Shown: positions 42,252-50,276 of the stretch, piece by piece
Position numbering within the stretch: the stretch's first letter is position 1
How the letters are laid out: every line of letters starts with the position of its first letter
NCBI GenBank assembly: GCA_028280345.1
Contig: JANQLY010000008.1
Coordinates: 29,198-93,197 of the forward strand
Length of the DNA stretch: 64,000 bases
Direction of reading: 5' to 3'
From: Pseudomonadales bacterium
Lineage (GTDB): Bacteria > Pseudomonadota > Gammaproteobacteria > Pseudomonadales > UBA7239
The notes under the pieces: model-generated
The model's database searches: none
Told to the model about the DNA's origin: nothing
The model's input: only the letters and a program-made list of their open reading frames with translations
Made by a program: the position numbers and the translations under genes

Positions 42252-43577
42252 TTATTTATATTCAATATTCTCAAAAACAGTAATTCCAAGCTTATCTCTT
42301 ACTTGATAAAGCTGCCTGGGCAGTGCTGTAGCTAGAACCAAAACACAATCAACATCATATTTTTTCTGATTAACGTCACGCTCAGACTTTAAAACTGCAG
42401 AATACTTGATGCACTGATATAACCCTCTCTCAATATCATCATTACCTGAACGCTCCGACTTTACCTCTACCCCTAGAAGCTTGTTCAGACTCTCAAAAAC
42501 CACATCAACCGAATCGCCAGACCTTAAAGGATACTCAGGCACTCCAGTAATATTCTTATCATATCCAACCATTTCGGGGTGGGCTGCAATGTAATCACGC
42601 AAAGCCCGATGCTCAGGAGACCCTTCGCTTCCATAGGGATTGTAAAGACCTCTTCCAGGTTTTCTTTTGCTATACTTCTTGCCTATTGGGGTTATATTTA
42701 AGTTATGTAAAACTTTGTCCCATCTACCTCCAAAGCTAAATATTTTTTTATATTCAGAGAGCAAAAAGTCTTTCTTTTTTGTTGCAGTTAATTTTGGATA
42801 TGATGGATTAAATTCTTTAAGTCCATCACTAGGCAGTTTATTTCCAGAGTTAACAACCAGTGCTTGAATTATAGGTATAGTCTCGCCATCTATAGTCATC
42901 CCATCAAAAAGATGGCCCATTACGCCTAGCGTCTCACCAATTTGCTTTCCAAATAAATTTCCAGTATATGGCTTAGGGTAATTAACCGCCTCAGCCAATT
43001 CCCCATATGTAATATATTTATTACCGCCTTTAAAATCTCGAATGTGCTTGACAAGATAAGCCAAACACTTTTTTGCATATTTTTTGTGATTTATATTCTT
43101 TGACTTTTTTGCTTCGGTATCTTTGGCAGGTTTATCAGTATTTTCCAGCGGCTTAACATCTAATAATTTGCATACTATTTCTGAAGGCAGCCTTTTCTTA
43201 TATTGAGCTATTTTTTCCACGTTTGACCATAAAACACCATGCCTTCCATCTTTTCGCTCTCCAAGTAATTCTTCAATATCGCAGATATATACTATACAAG
43301 AACCTTCTCCATCCTCGCGAAATAAGCAAATATAATCTCTGTTATGCCATCCAACACTTCCGTAACTACTGTCCTCTCGACGGGTACTGCTTACCATGGC
43401 TGCCCTGTGGTGCGTATATGCCGCCACATGACAGTCCCCCCACTTGGGAATCTTGACAGTTCGACTATCAATCACCTTAGAGCTAGTAAAAAACCTCAAA
43501 CAAAATTGAATTGCTGTTTTTTTATTGGCAGCTTGATTCCCTGTTCGTGGATGTAAAACGCTGAAATTATTATTCAT
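42252..43577 (-). CDS. Uncharacterised three-part protein: unknown N-terminal domain, MGMT/ATL-like wHTH-type region, C-terminal NucS/DUF91-like PD-(D/E)xK nuclease domain
   Basis: 441-aa ORF, the last gene of the operon. Residues ~185-250 read ITYGELAEAVNYPKP...GKQIGETLGVMGHLF...IPIIQALVVNSGNKLPSDG. Residues ~320-395 read PEHRALRDYIAAHPEMVG...EYPLRSGDSVDVVFE...LLGVEVKSE...GLYQCIKYSAVL, giving D358, E371-x-K373 and a Q..Y helix. Confidence 0.6.
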   Translation of the reverse strand: MNNNFSVLHPRTGNQAANKKTAIQFCLRFFTSSKVIDSRTVKIPKWGDCHVAAYTHHRAAMVSSTRREDSSYGSVGWHNRDYICLFREDGEGSCIVYICDIEELLGERKDGRHGVLWSNVEKIAQYKKRLPSEIVCKLLDVKPLENTDKPAKDTEAKKSKNINHKKYAKKCLAYLVKHIRDFKGGNKYITYGELAEAVNYPKPYTGNLFGKQIGETLGVMGHLFDGMTIDGETIPIIQALVVNSGNKLPSDGLKEFNPSYPKLTATKKKDFLLSEYKKIFSFGGRWDKVLHNLNITPIGKKYSKRKPGRGLYNPYGSEGSPEHRALRDYIAAHPEMVGYDKNITGVPEYPLRSGDSVDVVFESLNKLLGVEVKSERSGNDDIERGLYQCIKYSAVLKSERDVNQKKYDVDCVLVLATALPRQLYQVRDKLGITVFENIEYK

Positions 43578-43602
43578 GATAAAAAAATCAGTATGTTAGA
43601 GA

Positions 43603-44256
43603 TCAATAAACATCTGCATGAGAAATTGGTACAAATTCCATGTTGTTGTTCAACTCAACTAGACCATTCTGGCTGAATGAAAATATCCTACTTTTTGGAA
43701 AAGTCTCTCTCAACTCACTCCATCCAATGCTTTTGTTGAGCCATGTTTTTTCTTTCAAACTTTCAGGCATATCATCAGGAAAATCGGGGTAATCAAATAT
43801 AGATATTTCGAGTGGTACTGCGGCAAAGATTCCTATAATTTCTTGGTTTTTAACAACCCATTCGTTATGAGACTCTATTTTTCGATTAGCAATCGTATCT
43901 TCTAGTTCATCAATAGAAATATTCTCAACTGGATTTGCATCTCTATTATCATTTTCATCAGCTCCAGATCCGCAGTCCCCTCTACATGCATTTACTATAG
44001 AGCCAGGCTCTTGAAAACCCAGGACGACTCCAATGCTTCCAATTGCATTACGAGTATTGCCATAAAAGTTATCTCCTGGCATAACAACGCTACAAGCCAA
44101 CCCATTTAACGCCCCCATGTTTAAAACATTATTAAGATCGTCCGGAAATGGATATTTATTATAGCCCGCACCCTTTGGTGTTCCTGAGAAATGAACCACC
44201 AGCGCATTATAACTTCGCAACAAAGAGATTACTGCGGATACATCTGGCCTAGCCAT
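43603..44256 (-). CDS. Hypothetical protein, orphan (no domain recognised)
   Basis: 217-aa ORF starting 35 nt after the Res stop and ending 25 nt before the next gene. It has no TM segment or signal peptide. An acidic linker (GADENDNRDANPVENISIDELED) separates two halves. Confidence 0.6.
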   Translation of the reverse strand: MARPDVSAVISLLRSYNALVVHFSGTPKGAGYNKYPFPDDLNNVLNMGALNGLACSVVMPGDNFYGNTRNAIGSIGVVLGFQEPGSIVNACRGDCGSGADENDNRDANPVENISIDELEDTIANRKIESHNEWVVKNQEIIGIFAAVPLEISIFDYPDFPDDMPESLKEKTWLNKSIGWSELRETFPKSRIFSFSQNGLVELNNNMEFVPISHADVY

Positions 44257-44291
44257 GACAAAGTTTAGTTCCTTCCACCATCTACTCCCTC

Positions 44292-47006
44292 TTATTTGGA
44301 ATATTCATACTGAGCGACAAAATCTTTTAAACTTTTATTTTCAGCTACAGCATCATGCGGAATCAGTGAATAATGCCATGATTTCCCATTGTTCTTTTTG
44401 GAATGCTCAGTAGCATTTCTACACCACTCAGACGCCGCTTCCGCTTTAGATAGAACCTCAGGGTCTTCCATGTTTACACTGGCTTTTGTTTCGGCCATAA
44501 GAATAAAGTCTTCGCCCTCAGCAACAAAATCCGGAATATACTCTTTATGATCGTTACCAGATTTATAGAATATCTTGAATTGCCCATTGGCTGGTTTAAA
44601 CCATTTTTCAGAATCCCTATCAACTATTATCGAGAAACGACGCTCAGTATCCGAATCGAACTTCTGAGGGTAATGCAGGCACTTCTTGAAACCACCAAAA
44701 AGCATTTTTCTTATATTTTTAACATCAGACACGGTTTCTCTAAAATCTTTAACAGACTCCCCTGCCGCAACCGAATATGTGGGTTTTCTCAGGTCCGTGA
44801 ATCCAGAACGAACCTCAACATCATATCCCGTCACCTCTTCCCAAAAATGCTCAGTCATTTGAGCGTGAACCAGATCAGCAATCCTGACTCGGTTGCCATC
44901 AAGGATATTAATGACTTCATCTTCTGAGAAGTCTTGAGTCTGCAAGTGCTTTACCACTTGCCCCGATAGATCGTATATAAGGTCTGCATGATCCTCATAA
45001 GAAATATCGTCATAATCAATAAGCGAATGAACAATATAATCTTCCAATCTATCTTCTTTAATACCAACTTGAGCTGATACGGTTAACTGCTCATTCGTAT
45101 GAAGATTCTGTAGCAAGATGTCCCGCTCACTGGCCTGCAAGTTAAATTTACTCAAATCAAGATCAAAATTGTTGTACCCGTAAGTCACATCTCCTTTGGG
45201 CACAACTACAACCCTTGGTATATCAATCGTCTCCTGCACTACCAATGCCGTCGCTTTTTCAACAACCGCTGCCAGGTCAACCTTCTCTTCTTCTTCCAGC
45301 AGTGATCTCTGTTGGCCAGTGATACGTTCTTCAACCTGGGATAGGACTTGTGCCTGAACTTCTGGCGATAAGAGGGATAAGCTATTTGGCGCAATATCGG
45401 GTGAATGTTGAAGCGAACTAATGACCTCAACGGTAGTCATCGCAACCTTCTGCTCTTCAACACCAGCAAACACCGGCTTAACACTGTCTGGCTTCGCATA
45501 TATGGTTCCCTGACTACCCTGAACGACAGTATTGGTAATTTGGCTCTCAAGAGTAGACGTGACTTGGACGCTCTCCTTGGGGCCAGTTTCAATATCTTCG
45601 CCAATAACAATCTGCTTCAGACGAATTGGGTTTTTCGGGTCATTGGCCTCATCTACTATCTCTTGGAACTTATCATGGGCAACAATATTCAAGCGATCCA
45701 CAGAGTCCTCTCCGGTACGCTTACCATATGGCAGGCGCAAACCTCTACCGATAGACTGCTCAATTAATGTACGGGCATTTGCTGCTCTTAAAGGTACGAT
45801 GGTGTACAGATTGGTAACATCCCAACCTTCCTTCAGCATATTAACGTGAATTACCACTTCTGTTGGCTCATCAAAGCTTTCAACGTCAAGCAAACGACGT
45901 ATCATCTCTTCTTCCGCCGCCCCAGATTTTGAGCTATCAACCTGAATTACCTTTCCTTTATAACGTCCTTCAAAAAAGCTATCGGACTCCATCAACTCCA
46001 ATAATTGAGCCGCATGGGTAATATCTCTTGCGATAACCAGCATAAATGGCTTCACCGGACTAAGCTCATTCATTTTGGCATAGGTAAGCAAGTCCACCTT
46101 GGTTATTTCATGTAGACGTATACCGTCTTCCAGCTTGATCTTTTCTACCTGCTCAGGAGTGTACTGGCTGACATCAAAGTTTTTTTGCGTGACTACGGCA
46201 GGCTCTTTTACAAACCCGTCATCCATAGCTCTTGCCAGCGGGTAATCCACCACAACATTTTTGAACTGAACAGGTCCACGGCTTGATTCTGTAAAAGGCG
46301 TAGCGGTAAGCTCCAAGCCCATCAGGGGCTTTAGCTCATTGATAGCACGAATCCCCGCACTAGCCCTGTAGCGGTGAGACTCATCCATAATCATGACGAG
46401 ATCAGGCAGGCTGGCCAAATAAGAGAAGTAGCTGTCGCCCAGGTATTCGGAAAGTCGCTTTATCCGCGGTGCTTTACCACCACGAACCTCAGAATTAATC
46501 TTTGAAATATTAAATATATTAATATCGACAGAACCCAGAAGGCTGCCGCCAGAGATATTTTGCTGTTCATAATTATCACCAGTGATAATCCTTGGCGCAT
46601 CTACAGAGAATTCTGCGATGCCTTTAAATACATACTTGGGGGTATTCGGTGTAAAGTCAGTAATCAACTTGTCATAAATTGTGAGATTGGGCGCAAGAAC
46701 AAAGAAATTTTTTATGCCATACGCGAGGTGCAAATAGGCAATAAATGCACCCATTAACCGAGTTTTACCCACACCTGTTGCCAAGGCGAAGCATAGAGAA
46801 GGAAAGTCACGCTCAAAATCTGATAGAGCGTCAAACTCTTCATGCAGTATCTTTAGAACATTATCTAAATCCTTCTCCTTCTGTAGAATATCTGGTGCTA
46901 TTTCCAACGACTTGGCCAAGACTTCAAGCGACTCATGCTGAGGAGCTCGTAGACTTAAACGTCCGTTTATTGAGTTTACGATTCGTTGATGTGTTAGGAC
47001 CGTCAT
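44292..47006 (-). CDS. res: Type III restriction enzyme Res-like subunit (SF2 helicase + C-terminal PD-(D/E)xK endonuclease)
   Basis: 904 aa. Helicase motif I is FALATGVGKTRLMG, II is IMDESHRY, III is LELTATP and VI is QSIGRGLRLPYG. The C-terminal nuclease motif is YIPDFVAEGEDFILMAETKAS. Its start overlaps the upstream Mod stop (ATGA at 47003-47006). Confidence 0.85.
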   Translation of the reverse strand: MTVLTHQRIVNSINGRLSLRAPQHESLEVLAKSLEIAPDILQKEKDLDNVLKILHEEFDALSDFERDFPSLCFALATGVGKTRLMGAFIAYLHLAYGIKNFFVLAPNLTIYDKLITDFTPNTPKYVFKGIAEFSVDAPRIITGDNYEQQNISGGSLLGSVDINIFNISKINSEVRGGKAPRIKRLSEYLGDSYFSYLASLPDLVMIMDESHRYRASAGIRAINELKPLMGLELTATPFTESSRGPVQFKNVVVDYPLARAMDDGFVKEPAVVTQKNFDVSQYTPEQVEKIKLEDGIRLHEITKVDLLTYAKMNELSPVKPFMLVIARDITHAAQLLELMESDSFFEGRYKGKVIQVDSSKSGAAEEEMIRRLLDVESFDEPTEVVIHVNMLKEGWDVTNLYTIVPLRAANARTLIEQSIGRGLRLPYGKRTGEDSVDRLNIVAHDKFQEIVDEANDPKNPIRLKQIVIGEDIETGPKESVQVTSTLESQITNTVVQGSQGTIYAKPDSVKPVFAGVEEQKVAMTTVEVISSLQHSPDIAPNSLSLLSPEVQAQVLSQVEERITGQQRSLLEEEEKVDLAAVVEKATALVVQETIDIPRVVVVPKGDVTYGYNNFDLDLSKFNLQASERDILLQNLHTNEQLTVSAQVGIKEDRLEDYIVHSLIDYDDISYEDHADLIYDLSGQVVKHLQTQDFSEDEVINILDGNRVRIADLVHAQMTEHFWEEVTGYDVEVRSGFTDLRKPTYSVAAGESVKDFRETVSDVKNIRKMLFGGFKKCLHYPQKFDSDTERRFSIIVDRDSEKWFKPANGQFKIFYKSGNDHKEYIPDFVAEGEDFILMAETKASVNMEDPEVLSKAEAASEWCRNATEHSKKNNGKSWHYSLIPHDAVAENKSLKDFVAQYEYSK

Positions 47007-48631
47007 TTGTCATCTCCAAAAAAATCTTCTTGCTCAGGATCTTCCTCAGGCAACTCCATTTGAGGCAAGCTCTTCACATTCAAACTATAGTCATCTCTAC
47101 CCCACTCGCAGCGAGACAGCACCATCTTCGGTATTTTCTTCAGCGTCAGATTTTCAAAGCGATCTGCTTTACAGCGGAAAGCACTACAACAAACCAGCAA
47201 ACTCCGACCTTCACCCACCTCTTCTGACAAGGCTTCGAGTTGCTCAACAGACAAGTTCTGAGTTGTCACATAGATAAAGTCGGTCTCTGTAGAGCGGCCA
47301 TGCTGCCACCAGACTGAGTCAGAGGGGTCATATTCAAAACCTTCAAGCTTACAGATAGCTTCTGCAAGCATCGCGGGGTTGTATTGCTGATTTACAACCC
47401 AATTGCCCCACCTATCCTTCTCTAACAAAGAAGGAGCAAGGGTGTAGTAGCGGAAACCACCACCACCTTTCCAATCTACAGACTCGCTAACACCACCATC
47501 ATCTTCCCCATCTATTACCATCTGGAGACGCGGAACAATATGGGTATCGCAGTGCTCACCAAGCTCTACCATTATCCACTTACGACCCATCTTATGAGCC
47601 ACTGCTCCAGTAGTACCAGAGCCAGCGAAGGAATCTAGAACCAAATCCCCTGGCTCACTACTCAGTGATATTATTTTTTCGAGCAATTGCTCAGGCTTCG
47701 GAGTTGCAAAAACATTATCCTCATCACTGAACATTGATTTTAGATGTGTACTTGCTATTTTATTACTACCAAAGTCTTCATGATTCCACCATGTATTTGG
47801 AGTCAGCTCATCTTTCATCTCATTTAAGTATTTTTTTAACATGGGTCTTCCGTCGCCTTTAAGCCCAAAGGTAATTCTTCCATCATTGAGCCATTCATTG
47901 AACTGCTCTAAATTGCATCTCCAATAACGATTTTTAGGCGGGAGGAATTTCTTTCCTGTCGGACCTGTTATCTCATATTGTCCCGCTGAATAAAATTTTC
48001 CGGCAGATAGGTTCTCCGATTTCCATGGTCCACGAGGATCACTATCAGGATTCTTAAACTTGGCTTTTTGCTCTACGGTTCTCGGCAATTTACCAAGCCT
48101 TGTTGCCATTTGGTTTTTTGCGTATAGCAATATATGGTCATTTGTACTCGACACATGCCGAGCAGTTTGATTGGATGTATATGCTTTTTGCCAAGATATA
48201 TCTGCAACAAAGTTAGCTCTGCCAAAAACCTCATCACAGAGCACTTTCAAATAATGCGCTTCATTGTCATCTATAGTAACCCACAACCATCCATCTTCTT
48301 TTAAGAGTGATCTAATAACTTCCAACCTCTCTCTTATTAAAGATAACCATATGGAATGCTCAAGACCATCTTCATAGTGCTCAAATGCACTACCGGTGTT
48401 ATAGGGTGGATCAATAAATACGCACTTTACTTTTCCAGCATAGTCCTGCTCTAAAGCCTTTAATGCCAATAGGTTGTCACCGAATATCAACTTATTATCA
48501 AAGATGTCATCGTCGGTGACTTTATGCTTGGCATGATAGGAATTACTCGGATCTTCTAATAGAATCCGTGGCTCAGGTTTTGGCCTTTTATCTTTACCTA
48601 TCCAAGTAAGCTCTAGCTTAGTTTTACTCAT
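47003..48631 (-). CDS. mod: Mod-type (beta-class) N6-adenine DNA methyltransferase, copy 2
   Basis: 542 aa. Motif IV FIDPPYNTG (aa ~72-80) precedes motif I DSFAGSGTTG (aa ~333-342), the order seen in type III Mods. It is a paralogue of the upstream gene. Confidence 0.85.
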   Translation of the reverse strand: MSKTKLELTWIGKDKRPKPEPRILLEDPSNSYHAKHKVTDDDIFDNKLIFGDNLLALKALEQDYAGKVKCVFIDPPYNTGSAFEHYEDGLEHSIWLSLIRERLEVIRSLLKEDGWLWVTIDDNEAHYLKVLCDEVFGRANFVADISWQKAYTSNQTARHVSSTNDHILLYAKNQMATRLGKLPRTVEQKAKFKNPDSDPRGPWKSENLSAGKFYSAGQYEITGPTGKKFLPPKNRYWRCNLEQFNEWLNDGRITFGLKGDGRPMLKKYLNEMKDELTPNTWWNHEDFGSNKIASTHLKSMFSDEDNVFATPKPEQLLEKIISLSSEPGDLVLDSFAGSGTTGAVAHKMGRKWIMVELGEHCDTHIVPRLQMVIDGEDDGGVSESVDWKGGGGFRYYTLAPSLLEKDRWGNWVVNQQYNPAMLAEAICKLEGFEYDPSDSVWWQHGRSTETDFIYVTTQNLSVEQLEALSEEVGEGRSLLVCCSAFRCKADRFENLTLKKIPKMVLSRCEWGRDDYSLNVKSLPQMELPEEDPEQEDFFGDDK

Positions 48632-48638
48632 TCAAACC

Positions 48639-50261
48639 TCAATCATCATCGAACATGCTAACTTGTTCAGGGTCTTCCTCAGGCAACTCCATCAGAGGCA
48701 AGTTCTTCACATTCAAGCTATAGTCATCTCTACCCCACTCGCAGCGGGACAGTACCATCTTCGGTATTTTCTTCAGCGTCAGGTTTTCAAGCCGATCTGC
48801 TTTACAGCGAAACGCGCTACAGCAAACCAGTAAACTGCGATCTTCACCAACCTCTTCCGATAGAGCTTCAAGTTGCTCTACTGAGAGATTTTGAGTTGTC
48901 ACATAGATAAAGTCGGTCTCTGTAGAGCGGCCATGCTGCCACCACAAAGAATCAGAGGGCTCATACTCAAAACCCTCTAGCTTACAAATGGCCTCGGCTA
49001 ACATCGCAGGATTATACTGTTGGTTTACAATCCAATTGCCCCACCTATCTTTCTCTAGCAGCGACGGGGCCAAGGTGTAATAACGGAAGCCACCGCCACC
49101 TTTCCAATTATTAGTTTTGGTAATACCGCCCTCATCTTCTCCATCTACCACTTTTTTTAGCCGAGGGACAATATGGGTATCACAGTGCTCACCAAGCTCC
49201 ACCATAATCCACTTGCGGCCCATCTTATGAGCTACCGCTCCAGTAGTGCCCGAACCCGCAAAGGAATCTAAAACCAAATCACCAGGGTTCGTCGCAAGAT
49301 GCACAACCCTTTCAAGTAGTCTCTCTGGTTTTGGGGTTGCAAAAGCAGAGTCTGCTCCAAATAATTTATGCCCCTCTTTTTTTGCTTCTTGTGAATGACC
49401 TACTTCAGAGTGCGTCCACCAAGACCAAGGAACCATACCAGGCATATCCGATAAAAATCTTTTTAGAGATGGCAAACTATCGCCTTTTGGACCATAGTAC
49501 ATTCTATTTTCACTTGTAAATTTTTCAAACCCTTCCTTAGTTACTCGCCAACAGCGGCCTGCCGACGGTGTTACAGACCTTCCTGAAGGTAGAGTAATGG
49601 CATACATTTGATTTGGTCTATAACCAGCAGCCGTGAAGTCACTAGCCTTCCATGGACCTCTTGGGTCATCATCAGGGTTTTTAAACTGTTTTGTTTGTTT
49701 CTCGTCAAGGGGAAGTAAATTTCGTGCTTGTTTAAATCTTGAAGGACTAGACGCGTAACATAGCAAATGCTCGTGAGCATCACTAATAGCTACTCGAGCA
49801 TCAGGTGAATATCGCTTCTGCCATAAAATATTCGCAACAAAACTTGATCTACCGAAAATCTCATCACATAGTACTTTCAAATAATGCGCCTCATGGTCAT
49901 CAATTGTTATCCACAATGAACCATCATCAGCAAGAAGATTTTTGATGATCTCCAATCTATCTTGCATCAAGCCCAACCAAATAGAATGCTCAAGACCATC
50001 TTCATAGTGCTCAAATGCACTTCCAGTGTTATAGGGCGGGTCAATAAATACGCACTTCACTTTTCCTGAATAGTCGTGCTCCAAAGCTTTTAATGCCAAC
50101 AGGTTGTCACCGAATATCAACTTATTATCAAAGATGTCACGGTCGGTAACTTTATGCTTGGCATGATAGGACTTGCTCGGATCTTCTAATAAAATCCGAG
50201 GTTCTAGCTTAGGTCTTTTATCCTTACCGACCCAGGTTAATTCAAGTTTATTTTTGCTCAT
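48639..50261 (-). CDS. mod: Mod-type (beta-class) N6-adenine DNA methyltransferase, copy 1
   Basis: 540 aa with the same motifs. The N-terminal ~150 aa and C-terminal ~200 aa are near-identical to copy 2, while the central ~170 aa are strongly divergent. Confidence 0.85.
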   Translation of the reverse strand: MSKNKLELTWVGKDKRPKLEPRILLEDPSKSYHAKHKVTDRDIFDNKLIFGDNLLALKALEHDYSGKVKCVFIDPPYNTGSAFEHYEDGLEHSIWLGLMQDRLEIIKNLLADDGSLWITIDDHEAHYLKVLCDEIFGRSSFVANILWQKRYSPDARVAISDAHEHLLCYASSPSRFKQARNLLPLDEKQTKQFKNPDDDPRGPWKASDFTAAGYRPNQMYAITLPSGRSVTPSAGRCWRVTKEGFEKFTSENRMYYGPKGDSLPSLKRFLSDMPGMVPWSWWTHSEVGHSQEAKKEGHKLFGADSAFATPKPERLLERVVHLATNPGDLVLDSFAGSGTTGAVAHKMGRKWIMVELGEHCDTHIVPRLKKVVDGEDEGGITKTNNWKGGGGFRYYTLAPSLLEKDRWGNWIVNQQYNPAMLAEAICKLEGFEYEPSDSLWWQHGRSTETDFIYVTTQNLSVEQLEALSEEVGEDRSLLVCCSAFRCKADRLENLTLKKIPKMVLSRCEWGRDDYSLNVKNLPLMELPEEDPEQVSMFDDD

Positions 50262-50276
50262 TTAACACATCAGACA

